NCBI GenBank assembly: GCA_951406725.2
Contig: OX597821.1
Coordinates: forward strand, 620,001-684,000
Source of the DNA: Octopus vulgaris
Lineage: Eukaryota
DNA length: 64,000 bases
Reading direction: 5' to 3'
Below, piece after piece: positions 10,664 through 27,561 of this stretch. A model generated the notes under the pieces. That model worked only from the letters and a program-made list of their open reading frames with translations, did not search any database and was not told the origin of the DNA. Positions within the stretch are counted from its first letter, which is position 1. Every line of letters starts with the position of its first letter. The position numbers and the translations under genes were made by a program.

Positions 10664-11715
10664 TATATATATACATTCACAGACGCACACATGGGTGTTG
10701 TGGCTGCACATACACACACAAGAGTTGTGAATGCACACACACATGCATACATACACACATGCACACATGTGTCTGTATATGTGTGTGTGTGTGTGTGTGC
10801 TATGGAGAGGGAGGCATTCGAGAAAGAAAGAGAAATGGTTTCTTAACAATGTTTGCAAAAAAGGAAGAATTGCAAACAACAATATGAAAATTTAATAAAT
10901 GAAGGCAAAATGTATTAATGAATGAAGATTTGAAGATATGAAGAAAATATAAGAAAGCAATTTTTAGAAAAGCTCCGGAGGCTGTGATGGAACCTTCAAC
11001 CTGTGTGTTGACTACTGACATATCACCTCCTACACACCTAACTCTCAACAACCACTGTAATACACTCTTAGATCCTCACTTCAAACCGATTCCGTAAACA
11101 GTGATTATGTGATGGTGGCGATGGAGGAGAAGAAGAAAAGGGAAGGATGAAGAAGAGAGGAGGAAGAAGTAGAGCAGGAATAAATCAGAGAAGTCAAAAG
11201 TAGTAAAACAACAACAACAACAACTGTAACAACAGCTATGATGACCAAATAAATGCAACCTCTATCAATTTTGATGAGGAATATTCCAGACGTGTATTCA
11301 CTTAATGTAATGCTTTGGTAGAAACAGTGGGACATAGCATGTGACAAAATAGGACCTCTACATATACCAGGTACAATTCTCTGCTATGAGGCTTTGGTAC
11401 AGTATCCCCGCCAACCCAGTTTTGCTTACAAGGCTTAGACTGATCCGCAGCAGTGGTGAAAGACACTCGCTCAAGACGTCATGCACTGAAATTGAGTCTA
11501 GGACCTTGTGATTGTAAAGCAAACTGCTTGACCATTTGACCAGGGTGCATCCATGTGGCAATTATTTATCAATTATTATAACTATTATCACAGAAATTTT
11601 TTAACAACAGTAACAACAATAACAACAAGACTAAGAACAACAACAGCAACTTCTGTAACAACCATCTTAACATTTATAACATTTTCAGTAGTAGTTGTAC
11701 AGGCTGTTGAAGAAC

Positions 11716-11774
<59 letters not shown>

Positions 11775-11779
<5 letters not shown>

Positions 11780-11949
11780 TCCGCCTTTGCTAAGGTGGAG
11801 GTATTGTTTCCAGTTGTGTTTGCTTGTTTGTTTGTTAGTCTGCGGACAAGATGGCTCAGGAACCACAGAATAGATTCAGATGGAACTTTCAGGGATGTTT
11901 GGCCTCATGACTGGCACAAACTAATTAGATTTTTGGACCGATCCAGTAC
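11775..11949 (+). mobile_element. Helentron-type non-autonomous element (HINE-like), 5' part
   Basis: TTACCTCCGCC...GGTGGAGGTA hairpin and body matching 35830-36186. Confidence 0.7.
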
Positions 11950-12262
11950 AGTTTCCTTACACTTATTGTCTGAACCCCATATACTGCATTAATATTCCTT
12001 GCACTTTCCATTGTGTTGTTGCCTTTGTTGAACTCATAAAGCAAAATATGCTGAATATGCTCCTTTGTTACTTCCATTATAGCTTTGAAAAGATAGCTGT
12101 TAAAATTGAACTGCACTCTTCAAAACTTGCACTAAGAATAAGGACAAGTTGAAATTACTACCTGCTTTTATAGCAAGTTGATGCAGGTAGTTAATCCCGT
12201 CCTCCTCCACCTTTTAGTTCATGCAATTGAAAAAAAACCGCATTATTTATGGGATGACCCAA
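11950..12262 (-). mobile_element. Mariner transposon 5' fragment (TIR plus transposase N-terminus)
   Basis: Minus-strand TA-TTGGGTCATCCCATAAATAATGCG end; peptide MEVTKEHIQHILLYEFNKGNNTMESARNINAVYG resembles the mariner N-terminal HTH. Confidence 0.8.
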
Positions 12263-12996
12263 TAATTGTGTTAGTAATAATGTAGTAATTTAGTTGTGGT
12301 GGAAGTAGCAGTTCTTGCTGTTACTGTCTGTTGGTTCAATTCACCTCAGCTTCAATAATTCTCTTCCTCTTCTCACATAAACACAACAACCACACACTCA
12401 CACACAAACACACACACACACAGAGTACCAATGGCTGACTCGAAGTAGAATGTAAAACATTGCTAGAAATTTTACTGCCACCAGTTACAACTTACATTGC
12501 CGCTGGTTAACAATATCGATTAAATTTAAATAAAGACACATATAAAGAAAAAAAAATGAACAAAAATATTTACAAAAATGCGTACAAATACAAAAATATT
12601 CAAACATACAAAATCGTACACAAAAACATACACGAAAAATATGTGCATAAAAACATTTTCAGACAAAAATATACACACTTTCAAAAATTTGTTCGAATAT
12701 ATACACTTTCAAAAATTCATACAAAAATATGCAAAAGTATACAAACATACCAAAACTGTACGGATGTGTGTAACACACATACAATGTTACACTTAGAACC
12801 ACTCAATATTTCATACAAGAATACAAAGATATAGACACATAGGTAAATAGAAATATGTTTTTCAGAATTAAATAAAAAAAGACTCAAAAATATTGTATTA
12901 AATTTTTAGAGAAACTTCCGAAGACATTTTAGAGAAAATAACCACAAAATATGTGACCTACCCCTCTAATAACAAACACCCCATCCCTTAAAAAGA

Positions 12997-13054
<58 letters not shown>

Positions 13055-13230
13055 GTTTTAAATTATGCCACAAGAGCAGCAGTCTTGAAGGAGAGGATGA
13101 GTCAATTCCATTGACCCCAGTATTCAACTGGTACTTATTTTATTGATCCTGAGTCGATGAACACCGAATGTTGTAACAGGCGAAATCCAGCTAAGCATTT
13201 TGCCTAGCATGCTAACAATTCTGCCAGTTA

Positions 13231-13280
<50 letters not shown>

Positions 13281-13281
13281 G

Positions 13282-13321
<40 letters not shown>

Positions 13322-13361
13322 TGTTTGTATATATATGTATGTATATGTATATATGTGTATG

Positions 13362-13392
<31 letters not shown>

Positions 13393-13444
13393 GTATGTAT
13401 ATATATCTATATATATATATATGTATGTATATATATATGTATGT

Positions 13445-13750
13445 CATCATCATCATCATCATCATCATCATCGTTTAACGTCCGTTTTCTGCGCTAGCAC
13501 GGGTTGGACGGTTCGACCGGGGTATGGGAAGCCAGGGGCTGCTCCAGGCTCCAGTCTGATCTGGCAGAGTTTCTACGGCTGGATGCCCTTCCTAACGCTA
13601 ACCACTCCGCGAGTGTAGTGGGTACTTTTTACGTGCCACCTGCACAGGTGCCAGGGGAGGGGGTCCGGCATCGGTCACGATCGGTTGGAGCTTTTAACGT
13701 GCCAGCGGCAAGGAAGCCAGCCAAGGCGGCGCTGGCAACGTTCGGATGGT
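13445..13750 (-). mobile_element. S4 repeat (GGTTAGCGTTAGGAAGGGCATCC box, (GAT)n tail)
   Basis: Matches copies at 15255-15490, 17370-17540, 19127-19272, 23072-23195, 25505-25710 and 62925-63098. Confidence 0.85.
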
Positions 13751-13865
13751 CTTATATATATGTATGTATGTATGTATATATGTATATATATGTGTATGTA
13801 TATATGTATGTATATATATATCTATCTATCTATCTATATATATATGTATGTATATATCTATCTAT

Positions 13866-13897
<32 letters not shown>

Positions 13898-14400
13898 GTA
13901 TGTATATATACATATATACATATATATATGTATGTATATATACATATATATATATACATATATAGAGAATATATATATACATACACACACACACACACAC
14001 ATATATATGTATATGAATGGTTGAATAAACAAGAAATGTTTGAAAATAGAGGTGTGTAAGACATTTCCAATATCCGCATTAAAATAAGATTTATACATAC
14101 ATGCTTACAGAATCTTTCATAATTTAATCTTATTTTTTTAATATTGCTCTCTCTATATTTTTATTGTACAATTTTTATTTTTTTTATGGGATTTCATTTA
14201 AAGTTTATCATTTTTTTGGAAATACTTTTTTATTATACTTTATCACATTTTTATTTGAATCAATATTTCTTTTTCAGAAAGCTTTAAATTTAATTTCCTA
14301 TCCTCACCTCTCTGTGTGTCATTATGAGGTGAAAAAAAAATTACAATCTAATTTCAGAACTTATTTATTTTCTCATCACACACACAGAAACACACATACA

Positions 14401-14437
<37 letters not shown>

Positions 14438-15663
14438 TGCATACCTACACTGGAAAGGTACCCTCATGTAAAAGGTATTGTTGGAAAATAATTTTGTCAC
14501 TACAGGTAATATCACATGATTTTACATAGGTAAGATAATTAAAATTTTGCATGCTTTTTTGCTTTTTTTTTTGAAATTTCATACTTCATATGCAAGATAA
14601 TTCAATGAATTGTAACTTTCAAATTAAAAATATTTACTAATTTAAAATAATATTGAATAAAGACATATTTCTCATTTGCATATTTGCACAGCCATGGCTG
14701 TGTGGTTAAGAAGCTAACTTTGCATTGCAACCATGTAGTTTCAGGTTCAGGCCCACAGCATGGCACCTTGGCCAAGTGTCTTCTACAATAACCCCAAGGC
14801 CAACCGATGCCTTGAGTGAGGATTTGGTAGACAGAAACTGAGGAAGCCCTTTGCATGTGTGTGTGTGTGCATTTGAGATGAAAGTAGTAACGACAAAGAA
14901 CGACACAAAAGGTGCAACCACACAAAGTCGACTGAGCAAACTTTGAAATGGAGAAATGTATATTCGCATGTAAGCCAATATCAAACACAGAGCTGCTACA
15001 AATGAAAAGAAAAAGAGAAAAGAAAGAAATACTTAAATATTAGAGGTAAGGGTGCTGGGTTCATGATTGTAAGGTCAATATTTTGATTCCTAGAATGGAT
15101 GGTGTATAGTTTCCTTGAGCAAAACACTAGTAGCATTTGTTGGTGGTGGAATTAACCCTTTGATGGACTGGCAGAGGGGAGTATTGTGCTTTAGGTTGCT
15201 TATACAACATAGAAACCTAGGTAAGCTTTGGCCTATAGAGGCTGTAGGCTCCATGTAAAAAGCACCTGTACTGGTGCCATGTATGAAGCACATGAGCTAG
15301 TATCACATATAAAGCACTGGTGCTGGTGCCATGTAAAAAGCACCCAGTACACTCTGCAAAGTGGTTGGTAATAGGAAGGGCATCCAGCTGTAGAAACCGT
15401 AACTGGAGCCTTGTGCAGTTCTCCAGTTGGCCAGCTCCCATCAAACCATCCAACCCATGCCAGCATGGAAAACAGACATTAAATGCTGGTCACACACACT
15501 CACACACACACAAACATACACGCAATGGTTCTCAGTACAGTTTCTGTTTACCAATTTTCCCTTATGATCTATTGCTTAACTCAAATCTATAGCAAAAGGC
15601 TGTTACCCAAGATATTATACATAGGTCTAAACTTAAAATCATATGACTGAAAAGGGAACTTCT

Positions 15664-16076
15664 TATTTCTTTATTACCCTCAAGGGGCTAAACATAGAGA
15701 GTCAAACAAGGACAGACAAAGGGATTAAGTCGATTATATTGACCCCAGTGCGAAACTGGTACTTATTTAATCGACCCCGAAAGGATGAAAGGCAAAGTTG
15801 ACCCCGGCGGAATTTGAACTCAGAATGTAAAGACAGACGAAATACCTATTTCTTTACTACCCACAAGAAGCTAAACACAGAGAGGACAAACAAGGACAGA
15901 CAAAGGGATTAAGTCGATTATATCGACCTCAGTGCGAAACTGGTACTTAATTTATCGACCTCGACAGGATGAAAGGTAAAGTCAACCCCAGCGGAATTTG
16001 AACTCAGAATGTAACAGCAGATGAAATACCGCTAAGCATTTCACCTGGCGTGCTAACATTTCTGCCAGCTTGCCTG
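15664..16076 (-). mobile_element. Tandem dimer of SINE S2
   Basis: Two consecutive units joined near 15846; a similar dimer lies at 42597-43029. Confidence 0.85.
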
Positions 16077-16107
16077 AAAAGCGAACTTCATAATCACACA
16101 CCCATGA

Positions 16108-16149
<42 letters not shown>

Positions 16150-18802
16150 ATATTCATATGTATATTTGTGCTTTCCTGGTTATAAAAGCTGAGAAGCATT
16201 TCATTCAACACTGATTTGTTTGTTACATAAGAAACCATTTCTAGTATATGAAAAATGGTGTTCCAATAGAATATATATACAAATATTTATCACAGACTCA
16301 TCTAGAATTGGTTAGTCATCATTTGAGTCAACACAATTCAGTAAATAATTCCACTTGATATGGATTCTATAATTCCTTTCCAATGAAATCTTGCTGCTTT
16401 ATAAACGTTTGTTGCATCATGTTCGATGTAATTTAGTCATCCGTATTCTTTGTATGGATGACTGGCAGGATTCTGGTGTTTCTATGTTTGTCGAACTTGG
16501 CAGAATTTTCAGAGTTTAGATGGAAATATTACACAAGAGGAAGTTAGTAAGTCACTGAACACAAGAATTGGGAATTAATTAATGAATCATCTTTGTCAGA
16601 CAAGCAACATGTAATATAAAACGACTTGTATTAATTATATCAGTCTTCATCACTTCTTGTACTCTGGCACAGACATTGCTGTATGGTTAAGACGTTTGCT
16701 CTACAACCATGTGGTTTCAGGTTCAATCCCTCTGCATCTCACCATGGATAAATGTCTTCACTATAGCCTCAGGTCGACCAGTACCTTGTGAGTGGAGTTT
16801 AATAAACAGAAACTGTGTGAAAGATAGTTGTGTGTGTGTGTATGTGTGTGTTGTGCTTTTTCTTTGCTCCACTTGAGAACACCAGCACCTCTCTACAGCT
16901 CTTCCTTGATACCACTTACTTTGCTTACAACCCACCCTTCATCCAATAATGCTGTTCTATCTACCCACACTTTCATTGATCAGCCCCACCCACTGAATCA
17001 GCAGCTATCCTCTCCCATCACCATACATCTCTCCCCCTCCCCCTGCACTACACTTCTCTCGCTTTCCACCCCACCGCTGCCAACTGCCCAACATTATCCA
17101 TCTCTCGTCCTTCTCCTATCTACTGTTCTATCACTGTTATTCTGCTGATCAGCACTGCCAGTCATCTCCTACTTTCCCCATCACTATCTGGCTTCATTTG
17201 ATCACTCCCACTTTCTCTTCTAAAATATGAGTAGTCATTTAGGTCATCCACAACAAGAAACCTGTTTTACCCCCTTTTTGCTCCTTTTACCCCACTTTTG
17301 CTCCTAATCTCTTAGTATACAGTTGTCCCCTCAGAGTTTGTAGTCTTGCAAACTACATGCTAGTTGTGCAAAAACATACCCAGTACATGCTGTAAAGTGG
17401 CTGGCTTTAAGAAGACATCCAGCCATAGAAGCTAAAGCAAAGCAGACACTTGAGCAAAATGCAGTCCTTGGACTCAATAGATCCTGTCAAACCATCCAAC
17501 CCATGGCAGTATGGAACATGGACATGAAATGATGATGATGAACATATTGGGAAAATGTTGATTGCAACAGGTGTAGAATCCTTTCAAAGACTAGGTGGAG
17601 TTGCGTGTGTATGTCATGGTCTGCTTTCTTCCAGACAAGCAATATCACCATGTAGGTACACGTGTGTGCATGAGAGGGAGATCTTTTATCATTGTAGACT
17701 GATGAAAAATATAAGTATCAGTAAGAAAAGTGAGAAAAGAGCTTTGTCCCTTCTCAGTCTTGCAGTCAGAAATGCAAGATTTGCCTTGATTACAGGCTCT
17801 TCTTCAAATAAATATCCATTTGTCTGTGGGCGGATGATTGCAAATGATTACTTTAACTTATAACAATAATTAAATTATGTTAAAATATTTAATGTTATGA
17901 GTTTTAGAAAGTTAACTAAAAATAATTATATGGGGAGGAAGGTAAATTGATAGGCAGGCAGACGGTTAAATTAGAGTTAACATATTGAAAAAGTTATCTT
18001 GAAGCAATCATATGGTGAAGAGAGATACATAAATAGACAAATAGTTACTACATAGACAAGCAGAGAGATGCATAGACAGATATTTAGATGTATATAGAGG
18101 CAGAGAGATAGATATATAGATTTATAGATAGACAGATAAAGACAGACAGGTAAAGAAGTTAAAGTTAACAGATTTAAAACGAGATGTGTTAGAAAGTTAA
18201 CAAGAAATAATTATGAGGTGAGACAGACAGACAAATAGACACTGATGAAGAGACAGAGAGATACATAGGAAGACAGATATATAGAAAAAGAGACATAGAT
18301 GAATTAATAGGTGCATTAGAGACATAATTAATTAAGGTAGTGTTAGCATTTTTCATTGCAGGAAAACCATCAAAGTTAACTGGGAATAATTATGTGTTGA
18401 GGAAGGAAAGAAAATTAAATTGGACACTGGCTAAAACTATTTTCATTATTTTTGTAAATGCAATAGGTTGGCAGTGTTTTTAGAGCATTTCAGAAAATAA
18501 AAAGGCCTTGGAGTATTTTTTCTTGTTCTTTATGGTCTGAGTTGAAAGATCAAATCCTGCTGAGGCTAACTTTGCCTTTCATTGCTTTGGGGTCAATGGA
18601 ATAAAGTATTGGTGAAGCAATAGAGTCGATGGCATTGACTAATATCCTTCTCTTAAAATTGCTGGTTTCATGACTAAACTGGAAACCAAGTGCAAGCATA
18701 TGTATATAACGGGGAGGTTTACGAAAATAAACAAGATGAAGGCAGGTGGAGTACAAACAAATAATGTATTAGTATGGCGCTCAGGAATAGAAATAAAACA
18801 AG

Positions 18803-18840
18803 TCTTTTACGTTTTAAGCCTACGCTCTTCGACAGAAAGA
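18803..18840 (-). ncRNA. Degenerate minimal hammerhead-like motif in a short TA-flanked element (about 18710-18910)
   Basis: Minus strand TCTTT-CTGTCGA-A-GAGC gtag GCTT-AAAA-CGTA-AAAGA. Stems intact; core deviates at two positions. Confidence 0.45.
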
Positions 18841-18912
18841 TACACAGAAAAGAAACAAGGAGAGAAAAAAATTGCATGTAGGGGCTAACGATTCAACATG
18901 GCGTTCTGATGA

Positions 18913-19015
<103 letters not shown>

Positions 19016-19273
19016 GTATGTATGTATATATATATATATATGTATATATGTATATATATATGTATATATGTATATATATACATATATATGTATATATGTA
19101 TATATATACATATATATGTATATATAGGCGTTAGGAAGGGCATCCAGCCATAGAAACACTGCCAGATTTGACTGGGCCTGATGAAGCCTTCTGGCTTCAC
19201 AGACCCCAGTAGAACCGTCCAACCCATGCTAGCATGGAAAACAGACACTAAACGATGATGATGATGATGATGA

Positions 19274-19310
<37 letters not shown>

Positions 19311-19407
19311 ATATGTATATATGTATATATATATATATATATGTATGTATATATATATGTATGTATATATATATGTATGTGTATATATATGTATATATAT
19401 ATATATG

Positions 19408-19493
<86 letters not shown>

Positions 19494-19544
19494 TGTATGT
19501 ATGTGTGTGTATATATATATATATATTTGGGGACGTAACAAACA

Positions 19545-20578
<1,034 letters not shown>

Positions 20579-22376
20579 GGTGTATGTGTGTGCATGTGTT
20601 TGTTCCCCCACCTACCACTTGACAACCGGTGTTGGTGTGTTTGTGTCCCCATCATTTAGTGATTTGGTAAAAGTGATGATGGAATATATACCAGGCTTTT
20701 AAAAAAAGGTTACTAGAGTCAATTTGTTTGACTATATGCCAGCATAGTCATAATCTAATGGCTGAAACAAGTAAAAGATAAAAACTGTGACCTGGCAGAA
20801 CATTAGGAAAAATATTTTGTGGTATTTATGATTCTTTATGTTCTGAGTTCAAATCCTGCTGAAGTCCATTTTATCTTTCATCCTTTTGGGGTTGATAAAA
20901 TAAAGTACCAGTCAAGTACTGGCATCAGTAATTTTAATGTAACCCCTTTCCTTCAAAAACTGTTTGCTTATGTACTTAAAATTATTTATTTTTTTAAAGC
21001 TTTAAGACTCAGAAGGATGGTCACCAAGATCACCATGTTCCCCTGACTGGGACACTATCTGTTGCAGGGTTCAAAGACCAGTTATTTTGAGGGAAGGGGA
21101 CTAGTCAATTACATTACCCTAATACTTGATTCATACTTTATTTTATCGACCCGAAAGGAATAAAAGGCAAAGTTGACCTTAGCAGGATTTGAACTCAAAA
21201 CATAAAGACCCAGAAGGAATACCATTAAGTATTTTGTCCAAAACATTAATGATTCTGCCAGCTTGTCACCTTATGCACCTAAATTAATAACTATTATTTC
21301 AACAAGTAAGGGAGACAACAGCAGACAAGTTCCAGCACTGGTGGCAGTATAAGTCTTAACTGTAAAACCTTATGATGATAGTCTATTGCCATCTGTCGAT
21401 CAAACTCAACCATTTGCAATACTAATTTATTGGGATTTCTGTTGTCATGTCACTGCTCTCACATCAGGAGGTCTCACCAAGGAACACCATTAATGTCTGC
21501 TCCTTCAAATAAATAAGTAACAGGGGAATGTGTTTGTCTGCTGTCAGTTTGTATCTGTGGGAAGTCACTTATAGAATAATCACTTATCTCATACATTCAA
21601 AAACAACAGGAACACTAGCTATAACAACAATATCAACAACAATGAAATCTATATTGATGACAAAACTACCCCGCCACTTCCATCAACAACAATGCTGGCT
21701 ATTACAATGTCAACAATGAAATCTACATCAGCAACACCACCGACAACACCACCAACAACTATAGTCATTATCCTATTTGGATGTGGTTGAACAATCAACC
21801 CCAGTCAGTTGGGATTAACAGTACAGGGTGGACTATTCATCCTTTTGATCACTGAATACAAAATGTGGCTCATGAGGCCCCTGTTTGGGCGATTTTTCTG
21901 AGTTAGCATCTCACCCTTGTATGCCAGGCTATCACAAGGTTATCTATTTACAGCTGAGTAGACTGGAGCAATGTGAAATGAAGTGTTTTGCTCAAAAACA
22001 TAATTCACGGCTGATCTGGGAATTGAAACCATGACCTTGCAATTGTGAGTGCAACACCCTAACCACTAGACCACATGCCTACATAGCAATAATAATAATA
22101 ATAATAACAAAATCTACATTAATGACAACACTACCACAGCCAACACCAACAACAAAGAAATCTCCATTGGCAACATCACTAGCAACACCCCTAGCAACAC
22201 CCCTAGCAACACCCCTAGCACTAGCTATGACAAGAATAATGGGGCCAATGAGAAAACCTTTCGATGGTCCCTTCACATGCCAAAAAAAAAAAATATATAT
22301 AAAAAAAAGGCAGCTGAATCTTCCTTAAAAGACACCCTTCTATCAAAGAAGGGGAAACATTGGCTAATTTCATCCT

Positions 22377-22662
22377 GGGTCTACTGAATGCAGGACAAAT
22401 CTGAAATAAGGGAAAGCCATAGTTGGACTGTTTTTTTTCTCTAATGTTATCCTGGGTCCATTGAAAGCAGAACAAAGCTGAAATGAGGGAAAGCCATGGT
22501 CGGATTGCTTTTTTGGTTAATGTTATTCTGGGTCCACTGAATGCAGGCCAAACTTGAGATAAGAGAAGGCCATGGATGGACTGCTTTTTTGGCTAAAGTT
22601 ATCCTAGGTCCACCGAAAGCAGTACAAAGCTAAGATGAGAGAAGGCCAAAGATGGACTGCTT
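22377..22662. repeat. Degenerate tandem repeat of about 77 bp, 4 units
   Basis: GGTC(C/T)A(C/T)TGAA.GCAG...AAGCCAT...GGA(C/T)TG.TTTT recurs at about 22377, 22455, 22530 and 22607. Confidence 0.8.
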
Positions 22663-23206
22663 TTAATTGTAAGTCTCTTGATTAGACCAGACCAAGGGTT
22701 ATAAACAGCCAACAACAACAATAACAACACCAGCTACAACAAATACACACTATCATTGTTGAAGTACTTCCATTGAAATTTCATTGAAATTCATAAATAA
22801 TTGAAATAAAATTTTTGTTCATTACACATTAATGAAATCTAACAAAAACATTGATAATTAAGATTAAAAGCAGCAACAACAACTACAACAAAACTGTATT
22901 TGAAAAGCCACAACAATAGCCTTTGGGTAAAGAACCTGGTATTAATTACAATGCAAAAAGTAATTATAAAGTGATAAAAACATGCCATGTTCACTCATTC
23001 ACACCAGTATGTGTGTATGTGTGTCTGTGTGTTTATATACACATACACACACATACATGCATAAATATATATCATCATCATAATCGTTGAATGTCCGCTT
23101 TCCATGCTGGCATGGGTTGGACGGTTCGACTGGGGATCTGGGAAGCCGAAGGCTGCACCAGTGCTTCTACAGCTGGATTCCCTTCCTAACGCCAAGTATA
23201 TATATG

Positions 23207-23550
23207 GTGGTGGTGACCCCCTTCGGTCAGACACTGACCATGGGTTTGCACCTAGAGAGTTACCCTCTGAGGCACAAGTCTGGGCAAGGTTGTTTTATGG
23301 AAGACCAGCAGTCGCCCATGCATACCGGCCTCCCCTCTCCATGTCACCGATGTTGTCCAAGGGAAAGGCAAAGGGGCCGATACAGCTTGGCACCAGTGAC
23401 GTCACAACTCATTTCTACAACTGAGTGAACTGGAGCAATGTGAAATAAAGTGTCTTGCTCAAGAACACAACACGCAGCCCGGTCCGGGATTCGAGCTCAC
23501 AACCTCACGATCGTAAGCTCAACGCTCTAACCACTGAGCCACGCACCTTC
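23207..23550 (-). mobile_element. SINE S3 copy
   Basis: Nearly identical to 5789-6130. Confidence 0.9.
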
Positions 23551-23566
23551 ATAAGTATATATATAA

Positions 23567-23602
<36 letters not shown>

Positions 23603-23746
23603 AAATATATATATATATATAATACATGTATATATATATATATATGTATAAATATATATATATTTATATATATATATATATACGTTTAAATATTTGTTGT
23701 GCAAGATATTATTGGCTAAACTGGCAATATGACCATTCCAAAATAT

Positions 23747-23795
<49 letters not shown>

Positions 23796-23859
23796 AGGTG
23801 GTGCTATTAAGTTAGACATGACCTGGGCCAATAATGGCCGAAACCTATCAAAGTATCAA

Positions 23860-24300
<441 letters not shown>

Positions 24301-24358
24301 TCTTACTACTTTGCTTGCCTGTATGCATGTAAATCTCAAGGCATGTATCTTTGTATGT

Positions 24359-24404
<46 letters not shown>

Positions 24405-24521
24405 GCACATGCACAGACACATACATATATTATATATATACATACATATATATTGCAAGCTAGAAATAATTACCAATTGTTCATACATGTATTCTATTTT
24501 ATAAAAGTGCATGTGTATATA

Positions 24522-24576
<55 letters not shown>

Positions 24577-24593
24577 ATATATATATATGTGTG

Positions 24594-24629
<36 letters not shown>

Positions 24630-25734
24630 TGTATGTATGTATGTATGTATGTATGTATGTATCCACACCACTCAGCTCACATCCAGACACAGAAATGTAG
24701 TTAAAATGTATTAGTTAAGAAGCTACAGAAAAGACAACAATGCAGGTTAAAGGTTGTATCACTGATGATAGTGATGATGATGATGATAAATGATGGTGAG
24801 GATGATGATGATGATGGTGATGATGAAGAAGGTGATCAGTAACAAATATGTAAATGCAGTGATCAATGAAATCAACAAGAACAAGAGATTGAAACTAAAA
24901 TATGATAATAGGAAGGAAGGAAGGAAGGAAGGAAGGAAGGAAGGAAGAAAAAGTGCAGCAGCAGCAGCAGCAGCAATGATCGTAACAACAGCAACACAAA
25001 ACACAAAGAGTTACAATAAAAAAATTGTAACAAACAACAACAGCAACAACAACAACAACACCTCAGACATTCATTTTATTTGCAAGTGATTTCTGTGATC
25101 CACTGATGTTGTTGTGACAAAAATTGTCCTCTCGCAGACAAAGGAATGGGGTGGTGGTGGTGGTGGGGAGATGGAGGTGGAAAGAAAGATTAATAGAAAA
25201 TAGATAAAATAACAAGAAAAAGAAGAATGAAAAGACAAAGAAATAATAATTCTTTATATTATTGGCACAAGGCCTGAAACCTTTTTTTAGGGATGGCGCT
25301 GGTTGACCACATTGATTCCAGTGCATGACTGGTACTGATTTTATTGACCTAAATGGGATAAGGGTCAAAGTCTTTCTTGGCAGAATTTGAACTCAGAACG
25401 CAAAATGTTCTTATGGAGGATATAACAGAGGATGGAGATATGTGGTGCCTTGTTGTACTCGAGAAGACCCGTCCACCACAACAGAATTGAGACCCTAAAA
25501 CCAAGGTGTCATGTAAAAAGCACTTAGTACACTCTGTGGAATGGTTGGTGTTAGGAAGGGCATCCAGCTGTAGAAACCAAGCCAAAACAGATTATGGAAC
25601 CTGATGTAGGCCCTGGGCATGCCAGTTCCTTTCAAGCTGTCCAATCCATGCCAGAATGGAAAAGGGACATTAAATGTTAATGATGATGATGACGACGACG
25701 ACGATGATGATGGTAAACCCCAAAACAGTTGAAA

Positions 25735-25791
25735 TGCCATCAAGCGCTGGTGGGCTGGGTACACAAACACAGACAAACACACACACACATG

Positions 25792-25846
<55 letters not shown>

Positions 25847-26235
25847 GATGGGCTTTTTTCAGTTTCTTATTTCTTTACTGCCCACGAGGGGCTACACACA
25901 CAGGGGACAAACAAGGACATACAAAAGGATTAAGTCGATTATATCAACCTCAGTGCGTAACTGGTACTTTGTTAATCAATCCCGAAAGGATGAAAAGCAA
26001 AGTCGACCTCAGTGGAATTTGAACACAGAACATAGCAGTAAGCATTTCACCCAGCATGCTAATGTTTCTCCCAGCTCGTTGCCTTTCAGTTTCTGCCCAC
26101 TAAATTCACTTACAAGGCTTTGGTCGGCTTGAGGCTATTGTAGGAAACACATGTCCAAGGTGCCACGCAGTGGTACTGAACCTGGAACCATGTGGTTGGG
26201 AAGCAAGCTTCTTGCCACACAGCCACTCCTGCCAC
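25735..26235 (-). mobile_element. SINE S1 interrupted by SINE S2 (about 25867-26083)
   Basis: S1 sequence stops at TTTCAGTTTCT near 25867 and resumes with TTTCAGTTTCT near 26084, a TSD-like repeat. Confidence 0.8.
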
Positions 26236-26497
26236 TCTCTCTCTATATATTTACACACAGACGCACACATGCATGTAAACACACACATTAGTAGACATAC
26301 ATTTGTAGACATGTAAACACAAATACTTCAAAATGGTCCGGAAAATAAAAAAGAAAGAAAAGACAGAAACAACAAAAATATATGAAAATAATTTTAAAAT
26401 ACAACAGAAAATATAATATAATTATATAATAACAATTGTTTTATTAATTAAAGAAGTGAATTAATGAAAGGGGAATATCTATAACAACTGCTACAAT

Positions 26498-26548
<51 letters not shown>

Positions 26549-26749
26549 GGAGATTGCAGAGAAAGTTCTGTTTTTAAAATTTGCAAGTTTGATGATGCTG
26601 GTTGTGGTGATGTCTTGTTGATGGTGCGGTGATGATGATAGTGATGCTGATGATAACGATGATGATTTACAGACAAAATTAATAGATTTATATATATATA
26701 TATATATATGTCTTTGGTCAAACAAATAGATGAAAGCAGAGACCTTCCT

Positions 26750-27145
26750 TGTTATGATGAAGACGATGACGACAATGACGATGACAATGATGATGATTAT
26801 TATGAGGATAACGATTATGATGATGAAGATTATGATGAAGATGATTATGATGATGGCAATTATGATGCTGATGATTATGATGATGATGATTAATGATGAT
26901 AACAATTGCAATGATGATGGTTATGATGATGACAATTATGATGATAGCAGTTATGACAATGGCGATTACGATGGAGGTGATTGTGATGATGACGATTACG
27001 ACAATGAGGATCATGTTGATGACGATCATGATGATAGCAATTATGATGCTGATGCTGACAATTATGATGATGATGATGACAATTATGATGATGACAATTA
27101 TAATGCTGATGATGACAATGACAACAGCAACAGCAACGATGATGG
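26750..27145. repeat. Degenerate (GAT)n trinucleotide tract
   Basis: GAT/GAC/AAT/TAT triplets throughout. Confidence 0.9.
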
Positions 27146-27482
27146 TGTTTACTCTTTTCCTCTTCTTTTTGCTTTCATTTTCCTTGTGATTTTCGTTATA
27201 TTGTATTATTGTTGTTCTGGTTGTTGTTGCTGATATTGTTATCATTAAAAGATGATTTTATTTTTTACTGCTGTTGTTTCTATGATGATGATGATGATGA
27301 TGATTGTCGTTCTAATTTGTGAATTGTTCACATTGGATTTATTCATTCATTTGTTTCATAGGCAACAACAACAACAACAACAACAATTTCAAGTAAAACA
27401 ATTACAACAAAAACAAAAAACAATAGGTGACTGACATTTTTTGGACAATATTCAAAGTTCACATAATATGCAACAATGATGG

Positions 27483-27561
<79 letters not shown>

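Noticed and set aside
17555-17863. 102-aa ORF or very old RT remnant
   Set aside because: Only a faint RT-like trace on the minus strand; cannot be supported by eye.
19175-19205. CTGATGA hairpin in S4 copies (also near 63003)
   Set aside because: No GAAA or NUH in register, and other S4 copies read CTGGTGCA here.
26708-27245. Asp-rich or Met-rich ORF resembling biomineral or reflectin proteins
   Set aside because: Degenerate (GAT)n tract with no signal peptide or reflectin motif, and stops in the Asp frame.
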